This document shows positions 52,346-63,990 of a DNA stretch of 64,000 nucleotides, one piece after another (the first letter of the stretch is position 1; each line of letters starts with the position of its first letter). The stretch spans positions 2,303,308 through 2,367,307 of the forward strand of contig MU061578.1 in assembly GCA_013265495.1 (NCBI GenBank), given 5' to 3'. The position numbers and the translations under genes were made by a program. Below the pieces are notes generated by a model that saw only the letters and a list, made by a program, of their open reading frames with translations, did not search any database and was not told the origin of the DNA. Source of the stretch: Vicugna vicugna (taxonomy: Eukaryota).

Positions 52346-52476
52346 CTTTATGGACATTTAAACCACATCTGATTTTTTTAATATGCAAAAACAGGGCATG
52401 GACAAAAGAAAAACCATCTCTGTACCCTCAGTGGTTCCCTGTCCAGATCCCCATGTGCTCCTTCTTCTTTCCTGGC

Positions 52477-52682
52477 CAGTTTCTCGGCACTGCAGACATT
52501 TTGGGCAGGATAATTCTTTACTATGGGGGGCTATCCTGTGCACACTGAGACGTCTGGCAGCATCTCTGGTCTCTAGCCACTGGATGTCAATAGCACATCA
52601 CCCCCAGTTGTGATGACAAAAATATCTCCAGATATTGACAAATGTCCTCTTAGAATGAAATTACTCTTGGATGAGAACCAAG
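52477..52682. mobile_element. MER20
   Basis: 'ggcactgcagacattttgggcaggataattcttt...cccccagttgtgatgacaaaaatatctccagatattgacaaatgtcc...tgagaacca'. Confidence 0.85.
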
Positions 52683-54051
52683 GGCTGCATGAAACCCTCT
52701 ATTTCAGCCCACTTCTCTCCTGGCACCATGTGCCACACACACATAGTACTTGAGTGTTTCCTGAGATATTTGCATTCACTTTCTTTTGGTTTCAGATTGT
52801 ACCACCCAAGGAATGGGGGGTTATCATCCCATTGCCTAGATTTGGAAACTGAGGCCTGTAGAAGCCAGACCCTGCAGCTGAGGAGAGGCAGGATGTGGTC
52901 TTGAACCTGAGCCTTTGGGTTCTTATTGATAAGCCAAGAGTTGTCCTTCTTACCCTAATAATCAGAAAGTCAACTCTTACTAAATTTCACCTTTCTTTCT
53001 CCCTTCCCCCAATACTGGAGAAGTGGGGGTTGGGGAAGGAGAGGAGGGAGGGGTGTCAGGGGAAAGAGACTAACACTTGTTGAACACCTATTGTGTGCCC
53101 TGAGCTTTCAATAATCTGTCTACATTGACTGCATAATAATCTTATAAAAATAGACAATAGCATTCACATTTCACAGATGAAGAAACAACATGAAACTAAA
53201 GAATCATATGTAATTGTGGCAATTGCAGGCACATTTAAGAGTAAAAGGGGACTTCTGGTATTTCTAAAGTCCAGTTTCCTCTGAGGCAGTATAATATGAT
53301 TAAATCCCAGCAATGCTGCTTGCAAGCTGTGTGACTCTGGGTGAATGACCTAACCTCCCGATACCCCACCGTTTTTATTTATAAACCTAGGGAGGATCAT
53401 ATTCAGTGAAATGATGCGTGTGTAACCCAAATATAACTGGGCTGCCTTGAGGCCCAGTTCTGTCCACTGATGCATTAAGCACACACATACACGCATGCAC
53501 GTGTGCACGCACACACACACACACATATCCCATAAGCATTTAAGGCCAAGGAAGGGATTCTTGGGAGGGGAGCACAGGTATATATAGTGTATCACATCGG
53601 AATAATGCCTGCATCTGCATCCTCCCTCACAGCCTCAACAGCAGCCCCATGTGATCACCCTGTTTCTCCATGTTGTCTTTCTGCCATCACCCTGGTCTCC
53701 CATCTGCCTAGCTCCCTCACATGTCACTTCCTCACCCCCATATCATGCCACCCTGCCATAGCAGGCCCCTCCCCTGCATGGTCCTCTCTTACTGAACAAA
53801 GTCCCTAGAAACTAGAACAAATTCTCCACCTCCTCACTCTTAGAAAGAGTCTGGTCCAGTATCCAGCATGTCACCTGTACTTAAAGCAAGTTAACCATGG
53901 CAGTGGTTGGTGTTATTTACCAGGAACCTAGCAGTTGCCAAGCACCGCTAGGAATCAGGAATTTCGAAAGAAGCAAACATAGACTATGTGCCAAGGGAGC
54001 TCAGTACACAAACAGGCTGATGTGTACAGCCTGTTGCAACTTACACAGGGC

Positions 54052-54604
54052 TTTATAAAAAATTGAGACAAAAATCACATAACATAAAAATCTCCCTAAA
54101 CATAAAATTAACCATTTAAAATGAGCTAAATGAACAACTCAGTGGCATTTAGTATAGTCAGTGTTGTGCAAGCATTACCTCTAATCCCAAAACATTCACC
54201 ATCCTGAAAAGAAACTCTGTTTCCATCACACACTCACTCCCCACTGCTCCAAGCCACTGGTGCCTGGAGATCACTCATACACTTTCTGTTTCTGTGGATT
54301 TGCCCACTCTGGACAGTTCACATAAATGGACTCATTCATACACTACATGGCCTTTAATGTCTGGGCTCTTTCACTGAGCATCACGTGTCCAAGGTTCATT
54401 CATATTGTGACATGTATCAGCACTTCATTCTTCCCAGGTATAAACCCAAAACAATTGAAAACAGGGATTCAAAGACTTGCACACAAATGTTCAAAGCAGC
54501 GCTATTCACAATAGTCAAAAGGTAGAAACAACACAAATGTCCATCAACTGATGAACAGATAAACAAAATGTGGCATAAACACACGATGGAATATTATTCA
54601 GCCA
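54052..54604 (-). mobile_element. L1MB-like insertion with a 5' inversion
   Basis: Antisense 3' UTR at 54052-54433 followed by the sense-strand upstream segment at 54433-54604. Confidence 0.85.
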
Positions 54605-55049
54605 CACGTGGAGCTATTCCTGCCTATGACTTCATGTAATTATCAGAAAGAGGCTATAGGGTGCATAGTATTTTATCTCGTCAATATTTGTAGGAAAAGA
54701 CAAAGCATCAGAAATATGACCAGTCTCACGTCTCCCAGCCCCACCTGCCTCCAAGTTCACTGTGTCCCTGAAAATGTGAGTACGTTGGGCTAACCCCTTG
54801 GCTTACATCCCTGGAGTGTGCTCTCACTCCAGCAATAGACTGTAGGGTGGAACTTTGCCTCCACTGTATACAGTCCAGCCTCAACCTGACCTGCCATCTA
54901 ATCCAAGAACCTTTAATGTAGCCTTACAAAATTCTCCCTTCCTTCACCACCACCACCAGGGGTGTCTCCCTCCCACAGTGGCCAAAATCACTCATTCACA
55001 CTCGAGGTAATGTTACTATGCCCTTATCAAGGATCTTTGGCTTCTTATG

Positions 55050-55800
55050 AATCACTAATTCACTTCCCTGCACATAAATTGCATTCTCTTTCGTATGTAG
55101 CTTTAACCTATTTAATTAGAGTCCTCATTTACTTTTTTTAAGGGGGGGAAAACGCACTTTAACTCTACAATGGGCTAAAATTATACCTTACAAAAAGACG
55201 TGATTGTTTCCTGACCATGAACTTTTGCTTTTATGAATTGCTAATTTGGTTAATGGGCTCATTCTGCTCTGAAATTTGCATCATGAAAATTACTAGCTTC
55301 GAAGAATCCTCTGTGTACAACGCAGTTTGCACGTTTTGTTGTAAAGGTCACATTTGACATCGTAAAACAGCGGGCTCTTTTGAAAAGGTACAAATGTAAG
55401 AAATTAAGTGGCCCCACTGGTATAATGTCATTGTGAAGGAGGGAGAAAAGATTTTTAAGTTAATTTTTATTCATATTGTTTACGTGCATGCAAGCTGAGC
55501 TCGGTTCCGCGTGAATCCCTTCTTGTGCCTGACACATTATCGGCTGAACTTGTGGTTCAGGGGACATTAGAGACTGGAAAGGTTTTGCCACAAGCATTGG
55601 TACAATGGGGAGTCTTGAATCAACTAAAGAATAAATAAAATAGAGGGCGCCATCACCCATGTCTGAGTAAACTCAGGCACCGGGTAAAGCAGACGTCGGG
55701 ATATGCAGTCATTATGTAACTGCTGTCAGGGACCCTGTACTTAAAAATACCTTGCTGATGATTCAACGATGTCTGGCAACAATGAATCCGTATTCACCTC
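55050..55800. promoter_or_regulatory. Candidate conserved enhancer
   Basis: Repeat-free, AT-rich but with 19 CpGs; octamer, NBRE, NKX, FOX, SOX and posterior-HOX-like motifs. Confidence 0.55.
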
Positions 55801-57429
55801 CCCAGCTGATGTGGAGTGTACTTCTGGATATCCCTAGGCTGGGGTTTGTGAAGTCAGATACACAACATCTCTATACCTAGGGGCAGAGCAACCCTACCTG
55901 GTACTTTTAGGAAGCTGTCCAGTGTTCTGGGCGGGGAGTGGGGAACGGGGCCAAGTCCCCATGCACAGAAGCACGGAGAAGGAAATGTTGTTGCAAGAGG
56001 CTCAGCCCCCTTCCTGAGTGCCCAAGGAAATGATCAGAGGCCAACAGTTCCCTGGCAAAAGGATGACCAAGGGTGGCCAAGAGGTACAGACATTTTTATG
56101 AAGAGGCAGTCTTGGGTCAATGGCGAGGCAACCCACTTAAACATCACAGAACACTAATCAAGTTTCCTTGCGATCCTGAGATCCTGACGTCATTTTGTTT
56201 TGTTTTCAACTCTGCAATGGGGATGTTGATCTTAGCACCCTCCCACGGGCTGGGGTTGGTGCTGAGGCTTTTTCAGAAGTAACAGAGCACCTCCTTATGT
56301 CACATCACCTGAAGGAGTCAGAACAGATCAAGCATTAACATGAGGACATGATCTTTTTGCTTCCTGCCAGGGCTCCAAGAAGTCCCTCCCAGAGGAGGCA
56401 ACGGGCGCCCTGCCTTGGGTGTCGGTGGAGACTTCAGGTCAGAGGATGGCACTGAAGTGGGCCTTGCTAGATGAGGAGTGGGTTCACAGGGCAGCACAGG
56501 AACCCCATCCCTGGAGTTCCATTCATGTTGCTCTTGGGATTGGCAGCCCCGGGTGGAACGGAAAAGAAAGACCAGCTGGGCAGACGGGCAGGGAGGGGCA
56601 AAATGGGCATGGAGCCTGTGCTTTTGAACGAGGGCCCTTTCCAGGGGCTACATGTGGCACCAAAGAGTACCTTCCCTCTGGTACCTTCTCTCAACCAAGT
56701 CCTGGGTAGAACACAGACTACAAGAACACCATCAGAGGAAACAGTCCTTTGTGACAAAGAAAAAGAAAGACCCCTCCCCTCCCCCACTCCCCGGAGCCCA
56801 TGGGGCCCCCCTCCCTCCTTCTGTAATTACCTCTAGTAAATTCCCCATTCATCTGCATGCCGGTTTCTATTCAGGGCGGACTTGAGGCTGTGCTGCTGGG
56901 AAGGCGGGGGCGGCTGGGCACATTCAAACTTGCACAATCTCCAATCACTGCACCTGATGGGGATGAGCACTTGCTTATGTGAAATTTTCATTTCAATCCC
57001 AGCCTCAGATTGCACCATTTCACAGCAGTGCTCCCAAGCACTTACACACAGAAGGCTTTTCATCCTCCAAGTTCCGCACAAGTGTTACCTAATTAATGTT
57101 CAACAATGTTACCAAACCTCCCTCTTTTAAGACGTATCAACCTGGAAAGGTCTGGAATTAAGGATTTTGATCTCAAATGGATTGCTTTCATTTATTTCGG
57201 ATAATTCACACAGCTGCTTAAAGACAGATATTCATCGACTATAAACAGCCCCAAGTTCGAGTAGCTACATAAATAAACCTTTCCTTATCTTTCCCAGCAG
57301 CCTCCCTTTGCCTGCTTGGGCAGTGAAGGGATCAAAAATGCTCCCTCATGGACTCAGTCCATGAACATTCGGACTCCAAAGTGAATGATTCTTCAGCCAA
57401 GCAGAATGAGCTACCAGCGTGAGACTCTC

Positions 57430-57614
57430 CAGTGGCTTCCCTGAAGTCCAGACCACAGCCCCCAGCCCTGCTCCTCTGTGTGGTCCAGGCAGCATCACAG
57501 GGAGCTCATTAGAAATGCAGATGGGAGCCCCACCTCAGCACTACTGGACCAGAGTCTGCATTTTAGCCAAATCCCCAGGTCATTCTTGTGCACATTACAG
57601 TTTGGGATGCTCTG
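57430..57614. mobile_element. MER5A-like MITE
   Basis: 'gcagcatcacagggagctcattagaaatgcagat...gagtctgcattttagccaaatccccaggtcattc'. Confidence 0.8.
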
Positions 57615-57796
57615 GCCTTTAAAGCCCTTCGTGAACTGACCCCTAACAGACCTCGTGGGCACGGAACCTGCCCCTCACTCCATTTCACTGGCCTTGCTGT
57701 TCCTCAAACTCAACACACATGCCCCACGTTCAGCACACTTGCCCTGACTGTGCTCTCTGCCCAGAAGTGCTTCTTCAAGCCATTCCTAGGAACACC

Positions 57797-58517
57797 TCAA
57801 GGGGTTGCCATTCATGCAGCCGTCAACATAATTGGCACTCCCACCCCATGGCGCAACTTCAGACTATAGTATGAACGGTGTCCCCAGGAGCTGGGTGCAC
57901 AGCCGCCCTGTGCAAGTGAGACAGGAGGGAAGGGGGCAGCGCACAACCATTAGAATAATGACACAGCAATTAGCACCAAGATGGTGGAAGATTCAACTTT
58001 CAGTAGACCTTGAGCCTCAGTATAAGCTCAGTGAACTACAATAGGATGCTAAATGGTACTCCCGCAGTTTCAAGGCTGACCATAAAAGGTCAAAGGGTGG
58101 GTCGTGGCCCAATTCCTGGGAATCTCACCCCCCTCCCCAAACTTGTTGAAATAATCCTCTCACTTGTTAGCCTAGGAAATTACAGAGCCCATAAAACTAG
58201 CAACCTTGCCTCGCAGCCTCTCACTCCCTCACCTCCAAGATGGCCTGCACTCTGTCTATGGAGTGTGTATCTGCTTTTTCTTTAAACTGAGCACATAACA
58301 CACCTCAAGGCCTTTCTCTAAACTTTTTAAACAGCCTGCACTCTGTCTATGGAGTATGTATCTCTCTAAATAAATCTACCTTTACTCAACTGTGCCTCAC
58401 TCTTGAATTCTTTCCTGTGTGAAGTCAAGGGCCCACACTTGGTGGGGCAGGTCCCAGGGACTCAGTCAAGACCTGGGACACATCCATCCTCTCACCCTGT
58501 ATTTTTTCCCTATACCA
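57797..58517 (+). mobile_element. ERV1 solo LTR (MER41-like), inserted into an L2
   Basis: TATA-like 'cataaaac', 'ctctgtctatggagt', poly(A) signal 'aataaa' near 58369, U5-like 'ctcttgaattctttcctgtgtgaagtcaagg'; L2 sequence on both sides. Confidence 0.75.
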
Positions 58518-58519
58518 CA

Positions 58520-58800
58520 AGGATCTGAGTAAGTGCCCTCCCTTTGGAGAAGACTTCCTGCTCACTATTATCTAAAAACACATCCCATGACTCTTTCCTC
58601 CCCACCCCACTTTATTGTTCTTCATAGCACTCTCCACTACCTGATGTCATATACATCACATCATAGATCTGTTTATTTATGTAGTTTATTGCTTGTCTTA
58701 CTTTGCTAGAACTCATTCTCCATGCAATCAGTATCCGCCACTTCCACCCCACACACTTACATGCTGCATTTTCAGCACCTAGAATAGAGCCTGTCTAATA
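58520..58800 (+). mobile_element. L2 3' fragment
   Basis: 'tttattgttcttcatagcactctccactacctgatgtcat...cagcacctagaatagagcctg'. Confidence 0.75.
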
Positions 58801-59524
58801 ACTGGAATACAGTGTATACACATATGTGTGTGCATTTACAAGGTTAAATATTCTCCCTCCCCTGATTCACAATGACTTGAGACTGATGGATAAATTAAAC
58901 TTTTGTGAAAAATAACTGCTTTCATTTCTGCAGATTTTTCAGAGAGTGACGTGGTCTAGCTCAATGCTAAGGAAAAATCCCCCACACCTGAGCAAAAGGC
59001 CACTTCTGCTCCTCGGCCCTACAGAAGCCCCTTCATATTCTTCCAATTTCCCTGGGCAGCACATAGAGCAAAGGTGAGCCACAGAGTCACCAACACATGT
59101 GACACCCAGCACCATGGAAAGAAATAGTCAAATGCCCAGTGAACACTACTGATTAGAAAGCAAGGCAATGTGTAGGGTGGGGTAAAAGAGAAGCTTAGGT
59201 TGGTTAACATCATCGTCCTTACTTTGGCAGAAAACAGTTCATAACCAAATATTGTGTGGCTTCAAAGGCACAAGATGAATGAATCGACAGTCATAACAAG
59301 GAGAACAGCGACACCAACCCAGAGGACTAGAGACCATGCCCACACTCTGCCAAACACCCAAGTAAACACAGTCATCCACACAAGGACTCTGCCTCAGCAC
59401 AGCCCACCCGAGCATATACATGAGTGAAACAGGACAGAGAAAAACTGCAGCATTAGAGTGGTGATGAATGGAAACTGACCCAGATGCTTGGTATTGGGAG
59501 GAAGGGGACAATAAAGAGTGGTGG

Positions 59525-59750
59525 GGACTGTGCCAAACAGAGTTCATGTTCCTTCTAAAGGGGGCAGCGTTGACTAGTTGACTAGTGTCATTTTGGGACA
59601 TGGACCCAGTATTACCAGATCCTCTGATTTATCTCTTATTAAACCTCCTGGTTTTAAAATATTAACAAGTAAATCCAAAATTTTAACAACTCTGCAAGCA
59701 AATCAATTACACATGTGGATAAGACATACCCATAGGTCATACTTGTGAGA
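59525..59750. mobile_element. hAT-Charlie fragment (MER102-like)
   Basis: 'ccttctaaagggggcagc...ggacccagtattaccagatcctctgattt'. Confidence 0.5.
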
Positions 59751-61529
59751 ATAACAGATTAGATATTTGAAGTTCTTGCCTTTATGTAGTTCTTCGTCAG
59801 TACAATCGTGCATTTAACAAGGGCTCTTCCTGTATACACATGCATGAGTGTGCACACACAATTCTAGAACATCCTCCATGGTAGGAAGCCAAGGAAAGAC
59901 CACGTGGGCAGTGAAAGCCCATTCTGCCTCAGGCTTAGATACAAACAGCTCAGTCTCTAGCCTAGAGGAATCTAGAGATCTTACAGATAGAGATGAGTAG
60001 AGGAGAGGGGAGAGGGAGGTGAGAGTAGGGAATCAGAACTGGGCTCAGCATTCTTAGGAGAATCAGTTCTTCTCGGCAAGTAGGCTCTTCCTTCCTTCTA
60101 CAATGACCTGCTATAGAAGGGAATGGCTTTTTCTGTAAAAATCAGTGAGTGCGTCATAACGGAGGGCTATTTGGGTTGGGTTTTATCGGATATGTAGGAG
60201 TTTCTTCAGAGGAAGGATATGGTGCAGAGGAACTATAAGTGCCAAAGCATTTCCCTTCCTGCCTTCTCTGAGCCCACTCAGCCCAGAATCTAACTGTTCT
60301 CTCTTCTCCTCCTCCCCCTCCTCAGAGGCCTCTGAAACTGGCACTATGCCCTACTGAAGCTTTATGACACAGTATCCATGGGGACAGTGAATGGAAAATC
60401 TATTCCCTTCCTACACCCATTCTAATCTCCCCCATCTATTATCTACAGGGAATAAAAAATGTATTAATATTGGATGTTAATGGTGGGAAGTGGGGAGGTG
60501 AATACACAATACCAGTCCTACAATCCCACTTTCCGATATCTCCTTTAGGGTCCAAAGATACCATCCTGGACCACTCACAGGGGAGCAGTTTATTAAGAGG
60601 AGCAGAAGGTGTGGCAAAGGGTTATTCCAGGCAGTAATAGGCAGAGATGATAGAAAATAGAGGGGACGATCCTGTAAACCTCAGCCTACAAAATCAGCAG
60701 CCATCCCTGTGCCTGGGCTGTTTGCTCACAAACCACCATAACCAAACAGCCTTGAGCGTCTTCGGTCAAAGCCATGCCATGGGCAAGGTAGGATGGTGGT
60801 GACAGAAATCTGAACGTCTGGATTGGGCTCTAGGCTCTCCCACCTACTACCCAGGTGGGCGGCGGGGGCATGTTACACTACCTCTCCAGGCCTCCTGAAG
60901 AAGGCAGTAATAATTGCGCCCCCTCCATGGAGCTATAGTGGGTATTAAGTAATCATATGTACCAAGCTCAGCGTTGTATATAGAAACAGGAAATTCTCCA
61001 TAATATTTGCTATGATTAATTCCTTGCTGCTTTCAGTTATTTAGAAATGGAGCTCCCGTACAAATGGAGGATGGCAGGAGACATTACCCATTTTACCCAA
61101 AAGACAGAATACATCTTCACAGACGAAACATTTCAGAAAACTGGACTCCTTGGCCCTTTCCCAAAGAAGCTTGATGCTCAGCCAAGGAAAAGGTGGCATT
61201 TCCTCCAGAGGATGGCAGTTGTCCATAGGTTAGTGGGTGGCAGAGGTCCCCAGAACCTAGAGCGCATATAAATCTAGCTGCCCACCTTTGTTGCCACTCA
61301 ACCTGGGACAGAAGGTCTTCAACATGAGAATATTCGTTCTCTCCTACTGGTTCTAGGAGAAACCAAAAGCTGGGTCTGTGACTCTGTCTCCACCCTCAGG
61401 GACTTCTCCCCCATCCGCTCCCTCACTGAACTACTAGACTGACTAGAAGCGGAGAGTGGACAAATGGTGTCAGCGCCTTGAATGGTGCAAGGCACAAAGG
61501 GGTCACTCATTAAATAGTTCATAAAGGGA

Positions 61530-61770
61530 TGAAAAATAATAAAAACCATATTTATGGAGCACACAAGGTGCTCGGTATACTAGGTGCCTTACATTAAGCA
61601 CATCATAAACATTCACTCATTAAGCCCACACGACCCTATGAGTAGATATTATTATTTTATCATCTGAGGCTCAGAGATATTAAATCACATACTAAGGGTC
61701 ACCTGGAGGAAGTAGCAGAGCAGAAATGAGACCCCTGGAAACCTGGCTCTGGAGATCACTTCTCTAACGA
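61530..61770 (-). mobile_element. MIR SINE
   Basis: 'gaccctatgagtagatattattatttt...ctgaggctcagagatattaaat'. Confidence 0.75.
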
Positions 61771-61829
61771 GAAAGGTATGACTAAATATATTGGGGTCAG
61801 AGGCAGGGGTTCTTAAGAGCTTGCTGCAT

Positions 61830-62260
61830 TCTCCCACCCTGGATGACGACCCAATGCTTAATTGTCAGAGGTGGTTTGAAATCCCGCTTTAGGTTGATTT
61901 GCTTCTTTCTCAGCAGTGTGTCAGCTGCTGCCCGGCATGATAGCTTATTTAAAATATTGTGCAGAAATAAGATTCACTGTGAAATTAGTTGTAGACAAGC
62001 TCAGAAACTGCTAATGATGCAGAGATAATAAGGGGATTTGCAGAAAACACTGATATTGCATTATGATTAGTGAGCAGAGCTTCACCCCTTGAAGCCTGCG
62101 GGCCTGAGCTCCCACAAGAAGAACAAATGCATATGCATTAGCAGCGCACGCTGGCAAATCCAGGCTCCCGAGGCCAGCAGGCTCAGGCCTCCTGGTCAGA
62201 GGCTCAGAGCTCAGCTCTGATTTGCAAAAATGATTAATTTGTGGGTTTTGAGAATGAGAA
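61830..62260. promoter_or_regulatory. Candidate enhancer with a perfect POU MORE palindrome
   Basis: Repeat-free; ATGCATATGCAT at 62127-62138; many TAAT/ATTA cores. Confidence 0.45.
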
Positions 62261-63559
62261 ATGTTTACTTTCTAGGTCTAGGAGAAACCAAAAGCTAGTC
62301 CTAAATCAAATTCTCATTTGAAAATGAGAACGAGCAAGAGCAGCTCTGGAAGGTAGCCCCGTGTTCCCGCCTGGTCTGCTGCCCAGGGCACCGTAGGAAG
62401 CTCTCCCAGGGTTTGATCTCAAGTCTACCAAGAACTTCCCTAGTTCCATGTGCCTGCACACCTACAAAAGTTGGTTGTCAGCCCCTATGAAACAGGGTGG
62501 TGAGACAAGTTGGTAAATCAGCGACATCTTGCCATGCCAGTTAGTAAATAATGGTTTCCCCGACCTTGCCAAATGGCCCCTGGGATTAACCCACCTACTA
62601 TTCTATGACCCAGCAACTAAAGAGTTAATGTCTGGCACCATGAAGGTCCTCAGATCCTATTCTAGAACTTTGGCCAGAATCCATTCTGATTTGTTGGTAT
62701 CCACACCTGATTGGCTGTTAAATATTTTTAATATCACTCCTCCACACTCAGCCCCAGACATGTCTGGGTTGGAATATTCTTAACATGAGAAAAGGCTACA
62801 TGCTAGCAATCAAACAGGATAAAAGGCTCTAGAAAATCCTAATACTACAAGTCAACAGGACCTGTGTCCTATTCTGGCTGGATCTATCCCTCAGCATTTA
62901 CAAATGTGCCCAAGATGGCGGTCTATCTGTGCACCCAGGATGTGTAATTTGGCCAAGTTACAGTCTCTGCACTTTTGGCAAAGAAGGGGAGAAATGCAAA
63001 TTGCATGCATGTCAATGACTAAGTCACCTGCATAATGAAATGCCAGAAAGTTTGAGGCTAAATCACTTATTTACATGAAAAACAAATCTGTATGGGATAT
63101 GTATTTCTCTCCTTCACATCTCAACACATTTGTCACTCAAAGCCAGAAGGCTCTACTCAACAAAGTCCCTCCAGTCCCTGGCCCCATTTTCATTCTCTTT
63201 AGCTTTCAGCTTACCTCCTTGAGGGATGGAGGCCACCAGGTGTTCAAAACAGATGCTGCTACTTTGCTGCCTAGGGAACCACATTCAGAGAGAGGGATGG
63301 GCTGAGAGAATGCAAATTCCCACCATGCCAAAACTATTTGTATGATCCTTGTACAGAATGTAAATTATTTATTCAATTTATGCGGTGAGGGTGATACAGC
63401 TGAATAGCTTGGGATTCTGTCAGATGGCTGACCACCAATATAATCAGTTCTTTTCTTTTAAATGTGATGAAACTGTGCACAGAAGTCAAAAGTGAAATAT
63501 TAAAGAAAGATGGGGAGGGAGTGTGGTGCAGTGATGGACTGTGATGGTAGCTATTTGGC

Positions 63560-63990
63560 ATATTTTTCTTCCATTTTCCTTCTTCTAGTAACAGACTCTG
63601 GACCTTCCTGAGCACATGAATGATCATGTGACCCAGTCCTGGCCAATCACCATAAGTATTCTTCCCTGGACATTGTGATTGGTGGAAGGGTAAGTGTATC
63701 ATCCAAGGAGAGCCAATTAGAATCTATCCTGGGATTGACATATAAATACTGTGGGTAGAAGATTCTCTTTCCTCTGGTGTTGCTAAATATGAGATTATAA
63801 AGCCAAGGAGCTGTGGAAATGTTCCTTGCCAACTAAGCTATCTGGACAGAGTGTGCTTGCAAAATGAAACCAATCAGAAATTAGCAGAAATGAAAGGTAG
63901 ATGGAGACAGCATGGTGGCCCTGATTCCTAGATCTCCACCCCAACTCCCTGTTTCCTGTAATTCTTCCTTTACTCTCCAAATAACGTAGG
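63560..63990 (+). mobile_element. ERVL-type LTR (LTR33/LTR16-like)
   Basis: 'catgtgacccagtcctggccaatca...tgtgattggtgg...gagccaattagaatc'. Confidence 0.6.

Noticed and set aside
54011..54035. Hairpin aacaggctg...cagcctgtt as an RNA gene or terminator
   Set aside because: Only a 9-bp stem; too short for a pre-miRNA and plausible by chance.
20836..63317. Window-wide octamer enrichment (sites noted at 20836, 29231, 50372, 55274, 62994, 63310)
   Set aside because: A few sites are expected by chance at this base composition; not clearly enriched without a proper test.
19..63980. ORF-track entries as protein-coding genes
   Set aside because: All are 157 aa or shorter, many overlap TEs or microsatellites or start at non-ATG codons, and none resembles a protein family I recognise.
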